From Felis catus (taxonomy: Eukaryota): a DNA stretch of 64,000 bases. Below the pieces are notes generated by a model. It saw only the letters and a program-made list of their open reading frames with translations. It did not search any database and was not told the DNA's origin. Location of the stretch: positions 10,664,001 through 10,728,000 of the forward strand of contig NC_058379.1 in NCBI RefSeq assembly GCF_018350175.1. Reading direction: 5' to 3'. Position 1 is the stretch's first letter, and the number at the start of each line of letters is the position of its first letter. Positions 37,201 through 54,165 of this stretch are shown piece by piece. A program made the translations under genes and the position numbers.

Positions 37201-40200
37201 CAACCACGACAGCGGTGACAAGTCGTCCCCAATCGTTGGAACACTTACTGTGCGCCAGGCGCTGTTCTAAGCGGTTTGCAGGCAGTCTGTCGTCGTCGTC
37301 CGTCCCCATGATGATTCCACGCACTAAGTACCGTTGCCCCGTTGCCCCCATTTTATGGATAAAGAAACAGGTTCAGGGGGATGAGACAGCTCATGAAGGC
37401 GTCGGTCAGTAATTGGCTTGCCTTCCTGGGTTTGAAGCCTGACTCAACCACTTGGTAGCCGTGACGCTGAGCAAGTCACTTAGCCTCTGCGCCTCGGTCT
37501 GGTTTCCTCGTCTGCTCCGTGGGAATCACATAGAACTTTGCTCCCAGAGCCTTGCGCGAATTAGGTGAGATAAAGCACCTGTGGAAGCAGCAGACACAGG
37601 TCTCAAAACAGTGGGGGGGGGGGATCCGGAAGGGGCTTGCTGTCCTTATTCTTGTCCTCCTAGGTGTGACTCAAACATCAGCCCTCCTAGGAAGACTTCC
37701 AAGATGCCCTACCACCCCAGACACAGGCTTTCTTTTCTCTGCTCCTCAGCTTCAGGTTGGGACATTTTTCAAGTCTTAAAACTTGCAGTTTGAAAAGCAC
37801 ATTTGAAACAATGTGACAGGAAGAGCCTGTCCCGGGGCAGCGCCTGACACACAGGGTTTCTCACCCCCCCCCAACTTTCCCCCCCCCTCCCCCCCGCCAC
37901 GAGTTTGTTGTTTACCCGCCTAAGGGTTCTTGGAAGAGCTGGCACCAGGCCTGACTCACTTGGGTCAGCCCAGGGCTGGGCACCAATGGGAAGGCCCCCA
38001 CGGAATGACTGCAGCAGCCAACGCCCAGACCGGCGGGACCAGGGGAGCCCTGCCCGGCCACCGGAGTAGCCATCAGCCTCCCAAGCTCTCTCCTTGACTT
38101 CCCACCCAACGACTCCAGCCTGGCTGGTAAGGGATTCAGATCCCTGGAGTTCTCCCCCCCCAGCTGGCCACGATCTGTTGAGTCCTGCAACCTCCAAAGA
38201 CAGGTCCTCAGTTACCCCATCTGGGGTGTGGGTCTAGCCGGGCTTAGAAGTATTGCAACATCCTACAGCGGGGTACGAGAGGTGATCCAGGGTTGAATCC
38301 AGAGCAGTAGTAGCCCCAGGGGAGTGTTAAACACCCACCTTCCCCACTCTTGAGCCTTACCAGTCACCCCCGATCCTCACCAGGGGAAACCGGTACGTGC
38401 TTCGTGAGAGCTACTTCAAAACGGGCTCTTTTCCCACCCCCACCTAGGGGGGAGCTTTTGGCTAATGCTTTTTCTTCTGAGACCCTGCAGAGATCTCAAA
38501 TAGGCTATCCAGCCCCCAGGGACCCCTGGTGGAACCTGAGGGACCTAGTCCTGGGCCACCTGGGATGCCAGCCAAACCGCCACCAGCCATCTCGGCCAGT
38601 CTTCCGGAGCCGAGCAGGAAGTCACATTCCCGAACACCCCTCCCCAGGCCCCCAGGGGGGTTATGAAGGTTATGGACTGTGCCAGCCAGGCCGCCAGGGA
38701 GCTAACTCTGTCACCTGTCCAGTATCCGGCATTGGACCCTGAAATGCGCCTGGGGCTGTGGCCACAGACCTCAAACGTTCCGAATGGCTTGGCCACTTCC
38801 TGTTGTTGTGAGAAGCTTTGACTTGAAACTGGCATAGGGTTTGGGGTCTCCCAGGGCAGCTCCTATCAAGGGGCCAACGGGTGATGGTGGCCGAGAGGAG
38901 TGTGGTACCTACTGGTGGCTACCCAGCTAGGAGAGGGGAGCGTGGGTCATGAGCACCCAAGCCTGGGCTGCAATGTGGAAGGGGCTCACCTTTCTCACGG
39001 GCTGTTGTGAGAGGTAATCAAGAGGCGGTGGAGGGCACCTGGCATCATTCCTGGAACATAGTAGGTGCTTGAGAAATGGTTAGCCTCCTCCCCTTCCCCT
39101 TTCCGCTAAGCCCATGATCATCTCCTTGCTCACCGTCTACATGGTCTAGCACCCATGGGGTGCACGCAACAAGGGCTCCCTAAACCCATAAGCGGGAAGA
39201 AATGCTGAGCTCATTAAGAGCAGAGGTGTTAGCATCCAGCCAAGCCAACCCGGGACTGCGTCCTGGCACCTACACTTCTGAGCTGGGTGTTCTTGGTGGG
39301 TTACCCTTTGGGGGCCTCAGTTTCCTCATCTGTAAAGTGGGGATAGCCTGGGTGTGAGGACTGGATGGAAAACACATCAGGTGTTTAGCATAGCCTGGCA
39401 TACAGCAAGGGCTCAGTAAGTGCCCATGGGACCTCCTGACCCCCTGCTGTGCCTGACATTGAGCCCCACTGGGTGGCTGAGTTCTGAGGCTGGATCTTGA
39501 GGATGTGGCCCGTGGAACACCAGGCCCCACCCCGAATTCCAGGGAGGGATGGAACAGCCACACTTGCGGGCGGCTGCAGGTTGCTGAGCAGGGGGAATCT
39601 GGAAGTTTGCATCTCAGCGGAGAAAATCTGATAAGAGAAGTCCCAAGGTCAGGTTCTTGTGCCCTGATGGGCCCTACCTCCCAGAACTGGCTGAGTTCCC
39701 CCCCCCACCCCCCACTGCATCCGAAAGGCTGGGCCTGGGGCCCAGGGAGAGCTCATAAACACAGCAGAGAGAGCTTCTCATGTCAGAGGAGGGACCGGGC
39801 CTGGGCACTGGTGACCGCTCCTGAGGGCTGGCTGTGCCCATGGCTTTCTGACTCCTTGTTCAGCCATGCCACGTTGGTAACTTGAGATCGTCCACGGTGG
39901 GAGAATTTACACCATGCAGGTTGGCAAATGCTACAATGAGGGGGGGGGGGTCAGTTTAATAACACAACGCTCCCGAACCGAACACTCTTAAGATTTCAGT
40001 CACGTCCCCTCACCCCACCCCACACTGCCCCTGCCCTGTCTGTTCCTTCCACCAGGAAAGCCCTTCCACTCCCTTTTCTACCTGTTTCCTTGTTTATGTC
40101 CTACTGATTCAACTGAATCAAGATTAAGGGGGGGGGGGCGGTGAACAAAGGGTAGACAATGTCATGTCAATGTCATACGCTACTACAAAGCTGTTAAAAC

Positions 40201-42339
40201 GGATGTTCTCAAAGACGGGAAAAAGGCTGAAAAAGAAAACGTAGGTAATGGGGAAAACACAGTACACATGACCAGCTATACAGCATGATTCTGATGCCAC
40301 AAAATATTATATGTATATATATATAATATTCTTTTTACTCCACGGATCCGTATCAAGTGCCTGCCGTGTCCCAGGCAGTGGGGATACAGTGAGGTATAAA
40401 ACAGCCCAGTCCTGCTCTCCTGGGGCTCTCGGGTGGCGTGGGGAACGGACAGAAGTAGGAGGTAGCTAACGAAATCACTCCTGGGAGGAGGTAGGAAGTG
40501 ATACGCAGATGATAAAGCGGGCATCGGAGTGGGGCAGGAGCCCCAGGGCTTTCCTAGACATGATGACATGCGCTGCTTTCATAATCAGAAAAATAATGCG
40601 TGCGCCCTCCAGTTTCTGAAGGCACTGCTGGCCTTTGAGGCTGGCGCACGGCCTCCGGGTAGCCCTGGAAGACAGCTGGGAAGGCAGCCACGACCACCCC
40701 CCTCCACTCCCCTCACCCCTGCCTGTTGGCACCGTTCTGTGACCTTGGTCTCTTGTTCGCTTGTTTTGTGGTATTTTACACACTCGTGTTATCTCTTAAA
40801 TGTCAGGGACAATGTCTGATTCATGCCGCGCCTCCCACACCGCGTGGCACATTAAGAAAGACTCAGAACGCACTCGCTGGGTTAAACAGAATTCTCTTCC
40901 CCTCCAGGGCTGGAATCTGGCCTCTCTCGTCGTGATAATAGTCATATTATTTTTTTACTTCCTTTCTCCCCGCGGCGCCCAGGGTGGCAGCTTAATCAGT
41001 GCTGACTTACCCCCTCTCCGCTACACCTCCGCCCCCAAACCAGGGACAGACCCCTCCTCTGGCTCCACAGACCTGTCTGCTCCTCCAGACCTCAGTTTCC
41101 CCTCCTGGAAGTGGCACCATCCCTTCTGAGGCCAAGGCCGGGGGCAAGGCGGACAAACCCGGGCCCAGGTTGGGGGTGAGGAGTGCGTTCTTTGTCTCGG
41201 GAGCACAAAGCCCCATTTGTGATCGCGGGGCACGATTCTGGGCAGAGAGCCACGTGGGACAGGAGGCAGCGGTGGGAGGAGTGGGCAGGATTCCCAAACC
41301 CCTCCTGTGGGCTGGCTGCCAAGGAAGCAGTAGGTCCCCTCCCCCCACAGCCTGAAACACCGTGTCCGGCTGCCAGTCTGACGCCCTGCTTCCTCCTTCC
41401 TCGGCCCTTCTCCCTAAGGTGGCCTCCCCACCCCTGCCTTGGAATGGAGAAGTAGGCAGGGGGAGGCCACCCAGGCATGAGATCTGGGGGCGGGGAGAGT
41501 GGATATTTCCAGAGCTACGGGTTGTGGCCAAGGGCAAGGCCAGCCTAGAAGTTGTGTCCTGCTGTCACTCAGCAGCCCGACCCAACCCGTCTCCCAGGCC
41601 AAGGGGACAGAGAGGTGGGGGGAGGGGGGCTGGGACCTCTGCCTCAGCAGCGTGGCAGGGGAGCCCCAAGAGGACCTGGAAGCAAGGCCCCATTTAAAGC
41701 AGAAATGCAAAGGCCTGGGGCATGGAGGGGTTTCGCCTGACCCATCCCATCATCCTTGAATTCTGCACACCGACAGACAGACCTTTGTTCTCTTGTAGGA
41801 AGAAGCCACATCCTCCTGCCTCAGGGCCTTTGCACATGCTGTTCTGTCTACTTGGAATACTTTTCCTTTCTTCTTCTCACCCCTCTTTATCCTTCAGGTC
41901 TGGGTTCACATGATACTTTCTCAGAGAGGCTTCCCCCCCTGCTCCTTACACCCTGGGCTTCTTCCCCTAGGCCTTCCAGAGCATAATGACATATTTGCAG
42001 TCATTTGAGGCCTCTGACCTCCCCATCAGCCTGTATGTCCCATGTGGGCAGGATTTGCCCTAACCACTGTTGTATCCTCACACGGTGCCTGCTACAGTGT
42101 AAGTGCTCAATAAACATCTGCCCTCCCGCCCCCCCCCCCACACCCAAACAAACCACCTCTAAGGGAATAGAGATTAAAAAGGGAAGGACGCCTAGCAGCT
42201 TCAAGATGAGGACACCCTCCGAACAGGCAAGGAAGGGAATGGAGCCTGAGGAGGGAGAGATCCAAGACGGGCTCAAGGGTATCTGAAGTGCTGTAGTTGA
42301 GAAGGTGAGCTCCACGACCAGATGGCCGAGTTCAAGTCC

Positions 42340-43304
42340 CGCCTTGGGCTTGGCACATCGCATGAAGGAAAAAGCAGCAAATCGGACCGTCAACGTTTAA
42401 AACTGTTCTTTGCGAGAGACCACGTGAAGAGAATGAAAAGACAAGCTACAGCCTGGGAGAAAATACCCAACAGAGGTCTATCTGGAACATCCAGACGTGT
42501 ATCTAGAATATATAAAGAAGTTCCCCAAACCCAACGGCTAAAAACAATTCATTAGAACACAGGCGACAGATGCGGAACTGATATTTGGCCAAAGCGGAGA
42601 CACAGATGGCAAAGAAGTACGCAAAAAGATGTTCCTCATCATTACAGCCAGTAGAGAAGCACAAAGACCACGAGGAGACATCACTGCACCTATCAGAATG
42701 GCTAAAACAAAAGTGGTGAGAATAGCGAGGATGAAGAAAAAACAAAACAAAACACCGGATCACTCGTGCATTGTCGGTGGGAATATGGTACCGCCACTCT
42801 GGAAAAGACTATGGCAGTTTCCTTAACAGTTATGCTCACGGGCATCGATCCCAGAGGAGTGAGCGCTTACGTTCACACAAAAACCAGGACGTGAATCCTC
42901 ACGGCGGCTTTATTCAAGAGAGCCCCAAACTGCAAATAACCCAAATGTCCTTCTACCTGAATGGTTACACTGTGGCCATCCATCCCACGGCACGCTACTC
43001 AGCGATCAAAAAGAATAAACACTGATGCGTGTAGCAAGTAGGGTGGGTCTCCAGAGAACAAAGCGGAGTGCAAAAGCCAGCCTCAAAGGTTACATACTGT
43101 ACAATTCCACTTAGGTAACATCCTTGAGGACAAAACTATGCAGATGGAGAACAGATAAATAGTCTCCAGGGGTTAGGGAGGCAGGAGGGAGGGAAGGGGT
43201 CCTGGCTAGCAAAGGGCGGCATGAAGGATCCCAGCGAGGAACGCTCTGCAGCTTGACGGTGACCGTCACAGGGGTCCACATGTGATAACTTTGCATAGGA
43301 CTAA

Positions 43305-43349
<45 letters not shown>

Positions 43350-43541
43350 TGCATGTAAAACTGTGAAACCTGATTAAGGCTGGCGGATTGTATCGATGTC
43401 AATTTCTTGATTGTGATACTGTGCGGTCAGGTGCAAGATGGAACCATCGGGGGAAACCGGGTGGAGGGATATGGGATCTTTCTGTATTTCTTCTTAAAGT
43501 TTTTTTTCAATTTTTTATTTATTTAATTTTTTTTTTATTTT

Positions 43542-43591
<50 letters not shown>

Positions 43592-45340
43592 GGAGCGTGA
43601 GCTGGGAAGGGGCAGAAAGAGGGAGACACAGAATCCAAAGCAGGCTCCAGGCTCTGAGCTGTTGTCAGCACAGAGCCCGATGCGGGGCTCAAACCCATGA
43701 ACTGCGAGGTCCTGACCTGAGCTGAAGTCCGGCTCTCAACTGACTCAGCCACCCAGGCGCCCTATATTACTTCTTAAATTGCATGCATGTCTACACGGCT
43801 CTCTAAATAAAAGAGTCATCTGGGGGTTACACATCTATTAGAATGACCTGAAAAACACCCAACAATACCGGTTGCTGGCGAGGATACGGAGTAATCAGAC
43901 CTCTCATGCATTGTTGGTGTCTATATACAAATGGTAGAGCCATGGGCACCTGGGTGGCTCAGTCGGTTAAACGTCTGACTCTTGGTTTCAGCATAGGTCA
44001 TGAATTCACGGTTCGGGAGTTCGAGCCCTGTGTCAGGCTCTGCACTACCAGTGAGGAACTTGCTTGGGATTCCTTCTCTCTCTGCCCGTCCCCTGCTCTC
44101 TCTCTCTCTCTCTCAAAATAAATGAATACACTTTATTTTATGTTATTTTAATTTTTTTGATGTTTATTTATTTCTGAGACAGAGAGAGACCGAGCATGAG
44201 TGAGGGAGGGGCAGAGAGAGAGGGAGACACAGAATCCGAAGCAGGCTCCAGGCTCCCAGCTGTCAGCACACAGCCCGACGCGGGGCTCGAACTCAGAGAC
44301 CATGAGATCATGACCTGAGCCGAAGTCGGTCTCTCAACCAACTGAGCCACCCAGGCACGCCCAAATAAATACACTTTAAAAAAAGCAACTTATTTTTTTA
44401 AAAATGGTACAGCCACTTTGAAAAAAGTTTGCAGTTTTTCATACAGTTAGACACATACTTATCATATGACTCAGCAATCCTCTCCTACACATTTATACAG
44501 AGCAGAATGAAAGCTTATGTTCACACAAAAATCTGTCCATGAATACACAGGCTCTATTTGTCATTGCCCAGAACCAGAAATGACCCAGCGGGAGGCTGAA
44601 TAAACAAACCATGGTATACCATCAAATACTACTCGGCAATGAAGAAGAATGAATTATGGATACACCCATCAACAGGAATGAATTTCAAATGAACACTTCT
44701 GTGTTAAAGAATCCAGACTTGGGGCACCTGGGTGGCGCAGTCGGTTGAGCGTCCGACTTCAGCCAGGTCACGATCTCGCGGTCCGTGAGTTCGAGCCCCG
44801 CATCGGGCTCCGGGCTGATGGCTCGGAGCCTGGAGCCTGTTTACGATTCTGTGTCTCCCTCTCTCTCTGCCCCTCCCCTGTTCACGCTCTGTCTCTCTCT
44901 GTCCCAAAAATAAATAAAAAACGTTGAAAAAAAAAAAAAAGAATCCAGACTCAAAAGGCTACAAAGTATAGAATTCCATTTCTGATATTCTGGCAAAGGC
45001 AAAACTATCAGGAAAGAGAGCAGGTCAGCGGTTGCCAGGGGCTAGGGTGGGGACAAGGGTTAATTATGAAGAAGCATGGGGACTTTTGGGGGTGATGGAA
45101 ACATTTTGTACCTTGACTGTAGTGGTGATGACCCATGACTTTCTGCATTTGCCAAACCCATAGAACTGTACGTGAAAAAAAAAAATGAATTTTACATTAT
45201 GTAAATTATACCTCAATATTTTTAAACCAAGAAAAAAAATAGGTCGTGTAGCTTATAACTTCACGTCAATGTGTGCAGAAAGATATATGTGCAATTTAAT
45301 GCAAAATGATCCAAGAGAAAATGTACATTATTTTAGCTCC
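42340..45340 (+). mobile_element. Cluster of L1 3' fragments with nested CanSINEs (43500-43762 -, 43944-44124 +, 44136-44362 -, 44721-44940 +)
   Basis: L1 motifs (agaatgaaaagacaagctacagcctgggagaaaata; ggtacagccactttgaaaaa); TSDs such as AAGAATCCAGACT around 44721-44940. Confidence 0.85.
43307..43346. repeat. (CA)n microsatellite
   Basis: Direct reading. Confidence 0.95.
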
Positions 45341-45360
45341 TTTCTAAAAATATGCCCTCA

Positions 45361-45790
45361 GGGGCGCCTGGGTGGCTCAGACGGTTAAACGCCCAACTTC
45401 GGCTCAGGTCATGATCCCGCAGTTTGTGAGTTCGAGCCCCGTGTGGGGCTCTGTGCTGACAGCTCGGAGCCTGGAGCCTGCTTCCAATTCTGTGTCTCCC
45501 AGTCATGCTCTGTCTCTATCTCAAATATAGATAAACATTTAAATAAACAATAAATAGGGGCGCCTGGGTGGCTCAGTCGGTAGAGCGTCCGACTTTAGCT
45601 CAGGTCACGATCTCGCGGTCCGCGAGTTCGAGCCCCGCGTCGGGCTTTGGGCTGATGGCTCAGAGCCTGGAGCCTGCTTCCAGTTCTGTGTCTCCCTCTC
45701 TCTCTGACCCTCCCCCGTTCATGCTGTGTCTCTCTCTGTCTCAAAAATAAATAAAACGTTAAAAAAATTTTTTTATAAAAAAAAAAACAC
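45361..45790 (+). mobile_element. Two tandem CanSINEs (45361-45550, 45557-45790)
   Basis: Two consecutive ggggcgcctgggtggctcag heads with A tails. Confidence 0.9.
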
Positions 45791-46660
45791 AATTAATTAA
45801 TTAATTAATTAATTTGTGCTCTGACAAAATGCTTAGGAGTTGCTTTAAGCAATGTAGGCATGATAAGCATGGTTTTTCCTAACAGTGTTATTCTGCAATA
45901 AGAAAATATATTTCTTTACGTGAAAAAAATTACTTAAAACAGAAAAATAAAACGATCGAAAGCACAGACGATGAGATGCTAGCGTGTATTATTTCTGGGT
46001 GGGGGACCCATGGGTATCTGCAGTTTTGGTCTGGGCGCTTTTCTCTAATACCGTCCCCTGGAGTGCCGTTTTTAGGAATTAACTTAGACATTGCATAGAA
46101 AGCGCTTAGCACAGTGCCTGAACAACAGTAATCGCTCAAGGTATGTCAGCTCCTCCCCATCCCCCAAATCTGGGGCTCCTCCAACCCGGCCTCCCCTGGG
46201 TGGTGCTGATCTCCCTTAACCACACTGGGGGCTCCATGAGACTGGGCCAGGGTAGCCCCGTCCCCAGCAAAAGGTGTTGACCCTCAGAGGGATGGAACGT
46301 AGTAGGCCCTCAGCACTTTGCCAGGGAGTGAATAGCCCTGCCCAGGACCTGGCAAACAGTGGGTGCCCAATAATTACTCTTTGAACAGACAACTAACCGT
46401 TACAACCATGATAGAGGCGTCCCGTCCCATCCCACCCGGCCAGGAAGAGGCTTGACCAGACATGTGGCACCAAATGGGTACATTTTTGGCTGAAGGAGCC
46501 ACCTCCTCTCCACTGCACCCCAGTTTAGATTGGGACTTAAAGCCATCTCTGGAATAGGCAGAGTCTGCTCCCCGCCCTACCCCCCTTGGGCAGCCCCCTG
46601 CCCTCTCCCCTCCCAGGATGGACTCCCGAGGCCTCAGGCCGGCCGTGGAATGTTGTGTGG

Positions 46661-46680
46661 TTGGTTGCCCCGGCAACCAA
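46661..46680. promoter_or_regulatory. RFX X-box in the CFAP73 promoter
   Basis: TTGGTTGCC-CC-GGCAACCAA: perfect 9-bp inverted repeat containing GTTGCC-NN-GGCAAC, about 145 bp upstream of the ATG of a ciliary gene. Confidence 0.8.
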
Positions 46681-46821
46681 GGCCTGCTAGGTGGCCGCCT
46701 TCGCGGAGCACAGAGCTGCTGCCACACTGCCCTCCAGCAGAACATCAGAAGACCCCAGGGCCCCCTGGGCTGGTGCAAAACTCCATCCCTGGAAAGAAAG
46801 CCCGGGGTGAATACCGGCACA

Positions 46822-52887
<6,066 letters not shown>

Positions 52888-53565
52888 TCCTGACCCAGGT
52901 AAGCAGGGGGACAGGGGGGCCCCCTGGAAAGGAAGTGCACACTTCCTGCGGGGTATGTGCTGAGTGGCTCTCACCGGAAAGATGGGACGGCCGTGCCCCC
53001 TGGGGCTGCCGTGGGAAGTGCATGAGAGGTATACAGCAAGAACTAAATAAATGTGGGCTAGCTGGGGGGCACCAGTCCCTCATCCACCACATGGCCTGGC
53101 ACCGGGTCCTGCCTCCCAGGACAGTCACGGCATTAAACAAGCTGATGTCTGTCAGGTGTTTGGAACGAAGCCTGGGGCAAATTCTGGCAAATTCTAGGCG
53201 GGTGTTTGGTGAGTAAAACAGCGTCGGCGAGAGAGCCACACAGCAAACACCCGTTCGCGGGGCGCCTGCTCACGAAGGCTCTCTTGTGGACGGGCACAGT
53301 TGAGAACCCAGCTGCCGGAGGCTGCCTTGACCGTCCCAGGACCCCAAGGCTTGGAGGGCAGAGGCCAGGACAGCTTCTGACCTCTGTGGTGCGGTGGGGA
53401 CGTGTTAACTCCTTCACAGCTGGAGGGGAACAGCTGAGCCCTCTGCTCCCCACCCCATTTCCCCCCCCTCCCCCAGCCCATGCCCTCGCAGCTCATCAGG
53501 GCCCTGTCCCTTCCAGCTCCTTGGGCCGACTGTGCTCCTGCTCCACGGGGGGTGCTTGATAAAGG

Positions 53566-53571
53566 TTTATT
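53566..53571 (-). terminator. DDX54: Probable DDX54 polyadenylation signal (AATAAA on - strand)
   Basis: TTTATT on + strand, about 360 nt downstream of the DDX54 stop. Confidence 0.7.
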
Positions 53572-53932
53572 ACATTAAAAATACATCACCGGGCCTTAGG
53601 CACTCAGGGCTCGGACCCGTGTGGCCGCCACCTCCGGGCTCAGGAACCACCCAGAACGCGGGGAAGCGGCAGCGGCGGGGTCGCCAACTCGGGCTTTGGC
53701 CGTCCCGACCTCGCTGGCAAACTCCCGTGCGCCCTCAAAGACCATTTAAATGTCTCGTCTTGGGCAGAGGCTGCTGGCGCTCCATGGCCGCACGACACTC
53801 CTCACGGATGACGGTGCCCGCGGGGAGCTCCGCCAGCGCCCGGCACGGGCCAGGAGCGCGGTGTAGACAGGGGACGTCTGCCGATGTCCGCGCTTGGGCC
53901 CGGCGAGGGGCCAGGGGGCCGGGCCACCTTCC

Positions 53933-54165
53933 TTACATGCTCTTCCTCACCTTGCCCTTCTTGGAGCGCGCGCCCCGGCCGAAGGCGCCCTGCTGCAGCT
54001 CCTGGGCGCGGCGCCGGTTGCGGGCTGAGAGCTGCTTGAGGCCCCCACGCTGCAGGAAGCGCAACTTCTGGGCTCGGCGCCGCTGCTTCAGAATCTGCTG
54101 CTTGGTCTTGAGCTCTGAGCGCACGCGGCCTGCAGGGCCAGCTGGGGTGCGGGGCTGGGACGCGC
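53933..54165 (-). CDS. DDX54: DDX54 last coding exon
   Basis: [21 protein letters not shown]...KVRKSM TAA. Confidence 0.94.
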
